NCBI GenBank assembly: GCA_002691465.1
Contig: NZHP01000028.1
Location: forward strand, 5,263 to 69,262
Length of the DNA stretch: 64,000 nt
Source: Gammaproteobacteria bacterium
Lineage (GTDB): Bacteria > Pseudomonadota > Gammaproteobacteria > Steroidobacterales > UBA11654
Direction of reading: 5' to 3'
Of this stretch, positions 47,214 to 55,919 are shown piece after piece. Position numbers and translations under genes: made by a program. How positions within the stretch are numbered: position 1 is the first letter of the stretch; each line of letters begins with the position of its first letter. The notes beneath the pieces were generated by a model, which worked only from the letters and a program-made list of their open reading frames with translations, was not told the DNA's origin and did not search any database.

Positions 47214-48716
47214 TTATGTTTTGGACTCGTTGATGAGAAATTCTGACATCAAGCCCATTGGTCTTCCGGTTGCACCTTTGTTAGCGCCTTCGGCCCAAGC
47301 GACGCCTGCTATGTCAATGTGTGCCCAATCATAATCCCCTACAAATTTTTGGAGAAAGCACCCCGCAGTGATTGTTCCGGCTCCTGAGCCACGAGTACTG
47401 ATATTGGCAACATCAGCAAAGTTGCTCACAATCTGATCGGCATACTCTTCTGTGAGAGGAAGCCTCCATGTCACATCATCAGTCGTTTGTCCGCATTCGA
47501 ATAGTTTTTCAGCGAGCTGGTCAGAATTACTCATAAGTCCGGAGTGATGAGCACCGAGTGCAACAACACAAGCTCCTGTGAGTGTTGCCATGTCGATTAT
47601 TAATTTAGGTTTATATTTTTGAGTATAGGTCAGTGCATCAGCCAAAATTAGCCTTCCTTCAGCGTCAGTATTCAATATCTCAATCGTTGTTCCAGACATT
47701 GATTTTACCACGTCACCAGGCAGTGTTGCAGTACTGCTTGGAACATTCTCACATGCCGGAACAACAAATACAGCATTGATGGGAAGATTAAGTTCCGTAA
47801 CCATTTGCAAAAGACCAATTGTTGTAGAAGCTCCACACATATCGTATTTCATTTCATCCATTTTATTAGAGGGCTTTAGTGAAATACCTCCAGTATCAAA
47901 TGTGATACCTTTGCCAACGACAGCGACTGGTTTTTGATTTTTTGGGCCATTTTTAAATTCAGCAATAATCATTTTTGCTGGCTCCTTAGCTCCAGCCGTC
48001 ACAGATAGAAGCGAGTTCATTCCAAGCTTTTTCATCTGAACTTCATTTAAAACCTTTAATGTTGCCGATTTATTCTTGCTAACTATTTTTCTAGCCACTG
48101 ATGCCAGGTAACTTGGCGTGCAAATATTTGCTGGAAGGTCGCCTAGATGTTTTACGAGCTGCGTTGCCTTTCCTATGGCATCGCCATGTTCTAATCCTAT
48201 TTTTAGGTCTCTTGTAGCTTTCTTTCCGTTTGTTCCAATCTCAATCTTTCGAAGGCCAAGATTCTTTTTATTGCTTTCCTTTGTAGTGGTGTATTGATAG
48301 CTAATAGAATGCCATGATTCAGCTAAAACTCTTGATAATCGATATGCTTTTTTTGGATTATCAATTTTCTCAACGCCATCATGAATTAAACTGACTACAC
48401 TCTTATGATTGCTCTTTGAAATCTTATTGAGTGCTGATATCACTGCTCTTCTATAATTCTTCTGTGAAAAATTTTCATATTTGCCGCAACCAACCAGAAC
48501 AATCCTTTTGTAAGATTTTCCTGTTACGGGAATAATTCTTGTTTGACCAATTTTCCCTTGAATGTCTTTATTTTTAATGAAGTCATCGATCAATTTTCCA
48601 TTTGCAGTACTGACAAGCTTTGCAGCACCCCTTAGTTTTCCATCATTGAATACGGAAATCATTAAGCAATCTGATTTGATCTCATTAATCTTTTTATTAT
48701 TAGTGGCAAATTTCAT
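47214..48716 (-). CDS. pepA: leucyl aminopeptidase (M17)
   Basis: 500 aa. VGKGITFDTGGISLKP, NTDAEGRLILAD. Confidence 0.95.
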   Translation of the reverse strand: MKFATNNKKINEIKSDCLMISVFNDGKLRGAAKLVSTANGKLIDDFIKNKDIQGKIGQTRIIPVTGKSYKRIVLVGCGKYENFSQKNYRRAVISALNKISKSNHKSVVSLIHDGVEKIDNPKKAYRLSRVLAESWHSISYQYTTTKESNKKNLGLRKIEIGTNGKKATRDLKIGLEHGDAIGKATQLVKHLGDLPANICTPSYLASVARKIVSKNKSATLKVLNEVQMKKLGMNSLLSVTAGAKEPAKMIIAEFKNGPKNQKPVAVVGKGITFDTGGISLKPSNKMDEMKYDMCGASTTIGLLQMVTELNLPINAVFVVPACENVPSSTATLPGDVVKSMSGTTIEILNTDAEGRLILADALTYTQKYKPKLIIDMATLTGACVVALGAHHSGLMSNSDQLAEKLFECGQTTDDVTWRLPLTEEYADQIVSNFADVANISTRGSGAGTITAGCFLQKFVGDYDWAHIDIAGVAWAEGANKGATGRPMGLMSEFLINESKT

Positions 48717-48851
48717 TTTTAATTCCTATGTTTTTTATTCTGGTAGCTAGACCAATCAAAGTAATTAGTAGATCATAATTGTAGTGTAATGGTATGGTCA
48801 TTAAAACTAATAAATCTGTACGCATTGTATTTTTTTTGAAGGGCATCTGGT

Positions 48852-49922
48852 GTGAATAAAATTATAAGTCAGTATATATTAAGAGAACTTTCTAAGACCT
48901 GGCTTGGTGTAACACTGGTATTATTGATCGTTCTCATCACGAATAAGTTTGCAGATGTAATAAGCGATATTGCTGCTGGAGATATTCTCTCGTCATCTCT
49001 TCTTCCGATCATTGCGTTATCATCGATTGAGTATCTGATAATACTGCTCCCCTTGAGCACTTTCTTATCCGTGATCATTGTGATTGGTCGTTTTTATAGA
49101 GATCATGAAATGACTGCAATACAGGTTGCTGGGAAAGGCACTGGATTTATTTATAGGATATTCTTCTTTCCGCTTATTATTCTAATTTTTTTATTGGGGT
49201 TTATCTCTACAGTCCTATCACCCAATGCAAAACAGAGCATCTTATTGAAAGAAGAAGAAGCAATGCGCTCGGTGGGTATAGAGTTTTTTGAGCCGGGAAG
49301 ATTCGTAAATTTAAAGGATGGAGCTGTATTTTATGCTCAAGGAAGGTCAGAAAGAAATCGATTCATAAAAGTTTTTCTTCAAAAAGAGACAAAAAATAAA
49401 GTCAGTGTTATTACTTCTGAATATGCTGAAATCCAATCTATGGAGAATAATTTAAGCATACTTGTTTTCTTCAATGGGCAAAGATACGAGGGTCTTCCTG
49501 GAACAACTGACTTTCGCATTCTGAGATTTGCAGAGCATAGGCTGCCACTTTTCTTTGATTCTAATAATGCAAATGAAGAAAGTTATGAAACCAAAAACTT
49601 CAAAGAACTCATCATGAGTGACTCTGTTTCCTCAAAGTCAGAATTACAATGGAGGATTTCACCGCCGATTGCATTGATTATATTGGTGCTTTTGGCAGTC
49701 CCATTGAGTAAGTCATCGCCTAGAGAAGGTCAGTATGGAGGTTTGATTATTGGAGTGTTGATATATCTTGTTTACGTGAATATGCTCGGCGCTGCAAAAG
49801 TTTGGTTTGAGCAGGGCAATAGTCCTATTGAGCTGGGTATTTGGTGGGTTCACGGATGTTTTGCTGTTTTCTTGATTATCTATTTATATTTTAAAAGCAG
49901 ACTTTCAAGGATAGGGCGATGA
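48852..49922 (+). CDS. lptF: LPS export ABC permease LptF
   Basis: 356 aa. YjgP/YjgQ-family topology. Divergent from pepA as in E. coli. GTG start. Confidence 0.85.
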   Translation: MNKIISQYILRELSKTWLGVTLVLLIVLITNKFADVISDIAAGDILSSSLLPIIALSSIEYLIILLPLSTFLSVIIVIGRFYRDHEMTAIQVAGKGTGFIYRIFFFPLIILIFLLGFISTVLSPNAKQSILLKEEEAMRSVGIEFFEPGRFVNLKDGAVFYAQGRSERNRFIKVFLQKETKNKVSVITSEYAEIQSMENNLSILVFFNGQRYEGLPGTTDFRILRFAEHRLPLFFDSNNANEESYETKNFKELIMSDSVSSKSELQWRISPPIALIILVLLAVPLSKSSPREGQYGGLIIGVLIYLVYVNMLGAAKVWFEQGNSPIELGIWWVHGCFAVFLIIYLYFKSRLSRIGR

Positions 49923-50992
49923 ATATTATTGACTTATATCTTTTTAAATCAATTTTTAGAGCGACCTTGGTTGTTGGTTTTGTATTTGCATCTCTGTCAC
50001 TTTTTGTTGATTTTGTAAGTCAGAGCGATGATATAGGGATTGGATCTTATGGCGCATTTGAAGCAATGCAATACTCGCTTATGAAATTGCCAAGTTCATT
50101 GATCAGATTTATTCCAATCATAGTTTTGATCGGATCATTGGTTGCCCTAGGTAATCTTGGAAAAAACAGTGAGCTCATAGTACTTATGTCTTCAGGGTTT
50201 TCATTCTTTAGGCTTTCTTTATCCGTCCTTTTTTCAGGTATTTTGCTTGCACTTATTTTTAGTGGATCTGGAGAATATATCTTTTCTCCACTGGAGAGGT
50301 ATGCCGACCAGTTTAGAACAAAAAATAAGTTCAATATTGAAACTATTGGAGACAGTGGCGGTTTTTGGGTGATCGATGAAAGCAAGATCATAAATATTAA
50401 TTTTGTTAAGGAAAATAGTAGTTTTGGAGAAGTTACAATATTTGAAATCAATGATAACTTTGCAATTCAAAAAATCTCACAAGCTTCATCTGCTGGGATA
50501 GATGATTTCAATCAATGGATACTTAGTAATCTTTCTGAAACGCTTTTTACAGACAATGGAATTGAGTCTAATTTTTCCAGATATCAGATAGAGAGAACTG
50601 ATTTAGATAGAGATCTGGTGAGCTTAAGTGTCACAGATTCTGATGAATTAAATATAATTGAGCTATCAAGATTTATTGATTATCTGGAAAATAATAATCT
50701 AGATACAAAAAAATATCGAACCGCCTTCCATAATCGATTGGCCTCTTTTATGATAATTCCAATTTTAGCTTTATTGGCATTGCAGATGTCAGTTGGTTCT
50801 CAAAGAAAAAGAGGATCTGGATTTAGAATCTTAATTGGAATGATTATTGGCTTAGCATATTTTATAGCTCAGAACACTATACTAGAGTCTTCACAGATCT
50901 TTGAAATAAGACCTGAAATTATTGGTTATATTCCACTGACTTTTGTTGTTTTTATCACCATGATTTTATTCAGCATAAGAAGGACTCCATGA
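49919..50992 (+). CDS. lptG: LPS export ABC permease LptG
   Basis: 357 aa. Paralog of lptF. ATGA overlap with lptF. Confidence 0.85.
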   Translation: MNIIDLYLFKSIFRATLVVGFVFASLSLFVDFVSQSDDIGIGSYGAFEAMQYSLMKLPSSLIRFIPIIVLIGSLVALGNLGKNSELIVLMSSGFSFFRLSLSVLFSGILLALIFSGSGEYIFSPLERYADQFRTKNKFNIETIGDSGGFWVIDESKIININFVKENSSFGEVTIFEINDNFAIQKISQASSAGIDDFNQWILSNLSETLFTDNGIESNFSRYQIERTDLDRDLVSLSVTDSDELNIIELSRFIDYLENNNLDTKKYRTAFHNRLASFMIIPILALLALQMSVGSQRKRGSGFRILIGMIIGLAYFIAQNTILESSQIFEIRPEIIGYIPLTFVVFITMILFSIRRTP

Positions 50993-51612
50993 AGTTTAAA
51001 TTATTTATATCCATGATATTCATTGCTCAATTTTCAGGATGTGCAACATATGAGACTCAACTTAATGATTCAATTCAAGTGAATAATCAAGGAATTGAAG
51101 GAAGACTTAGAACGTTGCAAAATGAGATTGATGAGCTTAGGAAAGAAATAAATCAGATCAACTCGAGAAATTCTCAGTTAAACTCAGGGGTCCTAAAAGA
51201 AGAATCAGAGCTTAATGTAAACTATGACAACTCAGAGAATGGAAAGAAAGAATTTGAGTCATCATTCGAGTTACTCAGAAAAGGCAATTATATTTCTGCT
51301 GAGATTGCACTAAGGGAATATGTAAATAATTTTCCAAATGGGCCTTATACTGATGATGCAAAATTTTGGCTCGCAGAATCGCTATTTTCTCAGAATAAAT
51401 ATAATGAAGCTTTAGGCATGTTTAATCAGATAATCAATCAGTATCCTGATTCTGAAAAAATGATGGAGTCAATACTCAAATCTGGATTTTCTCATCAAGA
51501 GCTAGGAAATCTATCAGCTGCAGAAGCCATATTTCAAAGAGTAATTAGAGACTATCCTAATTCTTCAGCATCCAGTCTTGCAGAGGAAAGACTGAATAAA
51601 ATGAGAGAATAG
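50989..51612 (+). CDS. cpoB: Tol-Pal-associated TPR protein CpoB/YbgF
   Basis: 207 aa. N-terminal coiled coil (LRTLQNEIDELRKEINQI). C-terminal TPR block with YPNGPYTDDAKFWLAES...YPDSEKMMESILK...YPNSSAS. Followed by tRNA-Lys as in E. coli. Confidence 0.8.
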   Translation: MKFKLFISMIFIAQFSGCATYETQLNDSIQVNNQGIEGRLRTLQNEIDELRKEINQINSRNSQLNSGVLKEESELNVNYDNSENGKKEFESSFELLRKGNYISAEIALREYVNNFPNGPYTDDAKFWLAESLFSQNKYNEALGMFNQIINQYPDSEKMMESILKSGFSHQELGNLSAAEAIFQRVIRDYPNSSASSLAEERLNKMRE

Positions 51613-51691
51613 GAGCAGTTTGATAATTAGAAAGAATCTCTGTTTTATTTATTATACCTAATGTATCATTCACCTGATTTTTAATTGCCAT

Positions 51692-51767
51692 GGGCCGTTA
51701 GCTCAGTTGGTAGAGCAGCTGGCTTTTAACCAGTTGGTCGAAGGTTCGAATCCTTCACGGCCCACCA
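51692..51767 (+). tRNA. tRNA-Lys (anticodon UUU), CCA encoded
   Basis: GGGCCGT/ACGGCCC acceptor stem, AGCTCAGTTGGTAGAGC D-arm, anticodon loop CTTTTAA, GGTTCGAATCC T-arm, 3' ACCA. Confidence 0.95.
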
Positions 51768-51879
51768 CTAAATAATGAAAAAGAAGATAAAAAAGTATTG
51801 GATTGTCTCATCAAGTTTATCCCTTGTTTTTTTTCTATTACTTATCATGATTTTGTACTTTACTTTATAGGCTAGAACA

Positions 51880-52542
51880 TTGAGCAAGAAAACGATTCAA
51901 CTCGATGATCATTTGTATCAGTATCTATTAGATATTTCTCTTAGAGAGCATGAAGTTCTCAAAAGCTTGAGGGGTGAAACCTTAAATCTTTCAGGATCTC
52001 AAATGCAAATATCTCCTGATCAAGGACAATTTATGGCATTTTTAGTTAGAGCGATAAGAGCAAATAAAATTCTCGAAATAGGAACATATACAGGGTATAG
52101 CGCTTTAGCTTGTGCTCTAGCAATGAACAATGGATCTTTGATCACTATAGACCGTGACCCGGTCATGACTGAAGTGGCAAGAAAGTATTGGAAGATGGCA
52201 AAAGTAGATCACCTCATAGATCTCATGCTTGATGATGCCATGAATGCACTTAATCATCTTGTATCGATAAATGAGCATCTAGAGTCTTTTGATATGATAT
52301 TTATTGATGCTGATAAAAGAAACTATCAAGCTTACTATGAACTATGTTTAGATCTTATCAGTAAAGATGGAGTCATTTTATTTGATAATGTATTGTGGAG
52401 TGGGGATGTAGCTGACCCCAATAATCAGGAGAAGGATACGATAGCCCTAAGGGAGCTAAATCAATTTTTATTAAATGATGATCGTGTAAATATCTCTATG
52501 ATTCCAGTTGGTGATGGCATAACCATGTTGCAAAGGAGGTAA
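51880..52542 (+). CDS. class I SAM-dependent O-methyltransferase (caffeoyl-CoA OMT-like, family 3)
   Basis: 220 aa. TTG start. EIGTYTGYSALA SAM loop, IFIDADKRNY, DNVLW. Confidence 0.85.
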   Translation: MSKKTIQLDDHLYQYLLDISLREHEVLKSLRGETLNLSGSQMQISPDQGQFMAFLVRAIRANKILEIGTYTGYSALACALAMNNGSLITIDRDPVMTEVARKYWKMAKVDHLIDLMLDDAMNALNHLVSINEHLESFDMIFIDADKRNYQAYYELCLDLISKDGVILFDNVLWSGDVADPNNQEKDTIALRELNQFLLNDDRVNISMIPVGDGITMLQRR

Positions 52543-52545
52543 GAG

Positions 52546-52917
52546 ATGGACGAGTCTTTAAATGTTTTTGATGAACCGTTAGGCGATTGCAGCCTAAATC
52601 CTTTGACTGGTTTTTATAGAAATGGTTGTTGCGATACATCTGATGAGGATGGCGGTAGTCACACAGTATGTTGCATAATGACGACTGAATTCTTAGCTTT
52701 CAGCAAGTCTGTGGGTAACGATCTATCTTCTCCTTCGCCTGAGGCAGGTTTTGATGGGCTCAACCCAGGAGATCAATGGTGTCTCTGTGCACCAAGATGG
52801 CAACAAGCTTTTGAGGCAGATGCTGCGCCCAAAGTTTTACTCTCATCAACACATCGTGGAGCTCTTCAATATTGTCGCTTGGACGATTTAAAAAAATTTG
52901 CAGTTGATCTTAACTGA
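52546..52917 (+). CDS. DUF2237-family protein
   Basis: 123 aa. PLTGFYRNGCCDT...GSHTVC...WCLCAPRW pattern. Confidence 0.7.
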   Translation: MDESLNVFDEPLGDCSLNPLTGFYRNGCCDTSDEDGGSHTVCCIMTTEFLAFSKSVGNDLSSPSPEAGFDGLNPGDQWCLCAPRWQQAFEADAAPKVLLSSTHRGALQYCRLDDLKKFAVDLN

Positions 52918-52961
52918 GAAAAATAGTTAATTATCAATATTGGAATCACTATTTTGCATAT

Positions 52962-53546
52962 ATGAACACAGACACTACAAGCCAAGATCCAAATAGATTT
53001 TTTTGGTATGGCATTTTTATAGCCATTACAATTGTCTCAGCATTGCCACTTTTTGGAGCAAGACTAAGTAATCTTGGTATTAATTATCTTCTGCTTCTTT
53101 TTATTCATGAGTTTGCTGCCTTTCTTTTCTTTGGACACACTTTTTTTTCTAATATATGGGCGATGCAAATCAGATTTAATCAATCTAAGGAGGCAGGAAT
53201 ATGGGCAAGAGGATTCCTAAGAAAACTTGCAATGAGTGTGACATTAACTACCTCAATTATTATTCCTATCTCCGGCTTAATGTTGATTGAATCTTGGGGC
53301 GGTCTTCACGGAGCTCCTTGGGCTTGGAATGCATACCTAGCTTTCTGGCTGATGGCAGCAATTAGCATCACGCCAGACATGATTCGCTATGGACGAAACA
53401 GAAATGCAGATGATCCTAAACACGGCATGATAAGTGGAGCAATTCGAGGAAATCTTGCTCTCGTTCTCACTGTTTACATTATCTGCTGCATGGTCTTGAA
53501 GATCTCATGGATTACACCATTTTCAAAATTAGCGTATTTCGCCTAG
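52962..53546 (+). CDS. integral membrane protein, unknown function
   Basis: 194 aa, four hydrophobic segments. No family recognised with confidence. Confidence 0.5.
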   Translation: MNTDTTSQDPNRFFWYGIFIAITIVSALPLFGARLSNLGINYLLLLFIHEFAAFLFFGHTFFSNIWAMQIRFNQSKEAGIWARGFLRKLAMSVTLTTSIIIPISGLMLIESWGGLHGAPWAWNAYLAFWLMAAISITPDMIRYGRNRNADDPKHGMISGAIRGNLALVLTVYIICCMVLKISWITPFSKLAYFA

Positions 53547-53549
53547 AAA

Positions 53550-54503
53550 TCAGCCATTCTCCATCGCATCTGTATTTGCGGCAGCTTCAGCAAGACCATC
53601 TTTTATGTTTTTTTGCTGAGAAATTGGATCATATTTTGGGCCATCACCTGGCTCAATAAACTGTTCCAATGGTTCAACTACATGATGACCATCAATAGCG
53701 CAAAATCTGGTAATTGAGTAACGTTCCCATTTTGTTGGAGGAACTCTATGAGGAGTCGCTTTGATGAGCCCATTTGTAATGACCTCTGTCATGTCACCAA
53801 TCATTAGAATTATTTCGTAACGGTCTGAATCAACATGCGTCCATTCACCATCAGGGTTCTTAAGTTCCGATCCTTTTTCAGATTGCGTGAGTAACGTAAA
53901 AACTTCATAGTCTGTGTGAGCACTGATACCAAAAAGATTTTCTTCTGGCTCTTCTTTAATCTCCGGATAAAAAATAAGACGCATCGTTGAAGGAGATTTT
54001 TCTGTCATTCGATCTGTGATAAAACCTTTTTCAATCTCAAGCATTTCTTCAATGGTTGACCCAATGATTTTTTCTAGGTTGGAGAAATCCAGATAATAAT
54101 CATAAACAGCTTTTTGAAATTCAGGCATCTTTGGCGGCCATAAGTTCGGCCCATAGTTCTCAAATTTATCATCCACTTCTTCTATTTCATAACACATGTC
54201 AAATGCAGAACACGTGGCTTTGGTTCCTGGCGAGTATGCGGGCTCTTCACCAGCTGGTGACCATCCTCGACCAAAGTGTGCGTATCTGTAATGCGTTGCT
54301 TGTTTTCTTTCATCAGTATCTTCCATGTTGTGAAAAATCTTCGATTGAGCATAAGCTTCATCAATGACTTCATTGGGTATGTTGTGATTAACAAGTAGGC
54401 AGAAACTATCGGAAATTAAGGCGTTTTTGAATTTTTTTAACTCATTTTCGCGATCATTTGGATTTGTTAAATCAGTGAGTTTTTCAACGTCAATTTTTTG
54501 CAT
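53550..54503 (-). CDS. 2-oxoglutarate/Fe(II)-dependent oxygenase (isopenicillin-N-synthase-like)
   Basis: 317 aa. Facial triad context ISAHTDYEVFTLL ... ATPHRV. RYSITRF (2OG-binding Arg-x-Ser). Confidence 0.8.
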   Translation of the reverse strand: MQKIDVEKLTDLTNPNDRENELKKFKNALISDSFCLLVNHNIPNEVIDEAYAQSKIFHNMEDTDERKQATHYRYAHFGRGWSPAGEEPAYSPGTKATCSAFDMCYEIEEVDDKFENYGPNLWPPKMPEFQKAVYDYYLDFSNLEKIIGSTIEEMLEIEKGFITDRMTEKSPSTMRLIFYPEIKEEPEENLFGISAHTDYEVFTLLTQSEKGSELKNPDGEWTHVDSDRYEIILMIGDMTEVITNGLIKATPHRVPPTKWERYSITRFCAIDGHHVVEPLEQFIEPGDGPKYDPISQQKNIKDGLAEAAANTDAMENG

Positions 54504-54590
54504 GAGATTTCTCAGAAAATATCTATCGATAATTATTTGTAATGATCATATTATAAAATGAATCCAACACACAACATCATTTGCATAATT

Positions 54591-54893
54591 ATGGACAAAA
54601 GAATTATTGCTATCAAAGAGCGTCTAGAGGGTGACATCAATATAGTTTCTATAGACATCGAGGACCAGGGATATATGCACAAAGGACACACCGCTCACAC
54701 CGAAGGGAAAATGCATATTTGGGTTGAAATCGTTAGCGATGACTTTATCGATATGAATCCAATTCAAAGACATCAATTGATCTATACTATTCTGAGCGAG
54801 GAGTTAGAGGACGATCTGCATGCAATCTCACTTAATTTAATGACATCCAGTGAACTCGATAACAGCCACAACCATGCGGGAGAAAAAAAATGA
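54591..54893 (+). CDS. BolA-family protein
   Basis: Starts at the internal ATG 54591 (MDKRIIAIKERLEG). HIWVEIVSDDF...IQRHQLIY pattern. Confidence 0.8.
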   Translation: MDKRIIAIKERLEGDINIVSIDIEDQGYMHKGHTAHTEGKMHIWVEIVSDDFIDMNPIQRHQLIYTILSEELEDDLHAISLNLMTSSELDNSHNHAGEKK

Positions 54894-55918
54894 CTGAAAT
54901 AGGCGTAGTTATGGAGCCCGTTCCTAAGTGCTCTTCTGAAATGGCAATTAGGATTGAGGACATGGGATTTGATTCAATACTTTGCCCAGACACACAGAAC
55001 TTGTCGGCCGATCCTTATGGACAACTATCTTTGATGGCTGATCGCACAAAAACAATTAAGTTGGGAACAGGAGTAACTCATCCAGTCACAAGAGCTACTG
55101 CAGTCACAGCATCCGCAATGGCAAGTTTGCAAGAGGAATCTGGCGGTAGAGCAATCTGCGGTATCGGAAGAGGGGATTCCTCAGCCGCACATATTGGTAA
55201 GCGACAAGCTACAACAAAAGAATTAAGAGATTGCATTCAAACGATTCAATCTTACTTTAGAGGAGAATCGATCGATGTGGGAACCATGCAATCGCCAATC
55301 CGTTGGATTGATCCCAACTTCATTCATCCGGTTCCCATGGATGTAGCATGCACCGGGCCAAAAACGATTCAGATGGCTTGCGAAGTTTCAGAAAGGGTTT
55401 CTTTTGCCGTTGGCAGTTCTTACGAAAGAGTTGCTTGGGCTATGGACACTGCGCTTGAGCACACAAAGAAGATAGGAAGAGAAAGGAATGAAATTAAAAT
55501 TGGAGCCTATATTAATCTGATATGTGATCCCAATGAAGAGAAAGCCATAGGCATGGCAAGAATGCTTGCAGGTCTTGTTGCACATTTTACAGCCATGAAA
55601 AATGCACCAGTTGATCATCTTCCTGCCTCTCTTCAAAAAATCTCAAATTCTTTGCAAACTGAATACGATATGAAAAATCATTCAAGCGAGAAAGGCTCAC
55701 ATCTAGAGTTGATTGATGATGATTTTATCGATTGGTTCACGATCTCTGGGCCCTCTGAAAAATGCATTGATCGCTTATCAGCCCTAATAGAACTTGGGCT
55801 TGATCACATTTATTTGTTAGGCGGCTCTCCAATAGCAGAGCCGAGAGATGCTCGTTTAAGAGCAATGGTAGATCAGACTGAGATTTTTGCTAATAAGGTT
55901 TTACCTCATTTCAAATAA
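54890..55918 (+). CDS. luciferase-like (LLM-class) flavin-dependent oxidoreductase
   Basis: 342 aa. TIM-barrel LLM pattern (FDSILCPDTQNL..., GIGRGDS, ISGPSEKCIDRL). ATGA overlap with bolA. Confidence 0.8.
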   Translation: MTEIGVVMEPVPKCSSEMAIRIEDMGFDSILCPDTQNLSADPYGQLSLMADRTKTIKLGTGVTHPVTRATAVTASAMASLQEESGGRAICGIGRGDSSAAHIGKRQATTKELRDCIQTIQSYFRGESIDVGTMQSPIRWIDPNFIHPVPMDVACTGPKTIQMACEVSERVSFAVGSSYERVAWAMDTALEHTKKIGRERNEIKIGAYINLICDPNEEKAIGMARMLAGLVAHFTAMKNAPVDHLPASLQKISNSLQTEYDMKNHSSEKGSHLELIDDDFIDWFTISGPSEKCIDRLSALIELGLDHIYLLGGSPIAEPRDARLRAMVDQTEIFANKVLPHFK

Positions 55919-55919
55919 C

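Noticed and set aside
51775-51870. A 31-aa ORF (MKKKIKKYWIVSSSLSLVFFLLLIMILYFTL) immediately downstream of tRNA-Lys.
   Set aside because: It could be a small membrane peptide. However, it has no convincing SD and no family I recognise, and AT-rich spacers readily produce Lys/Phe/Leu-rich ORFs. I kept it only as a note.
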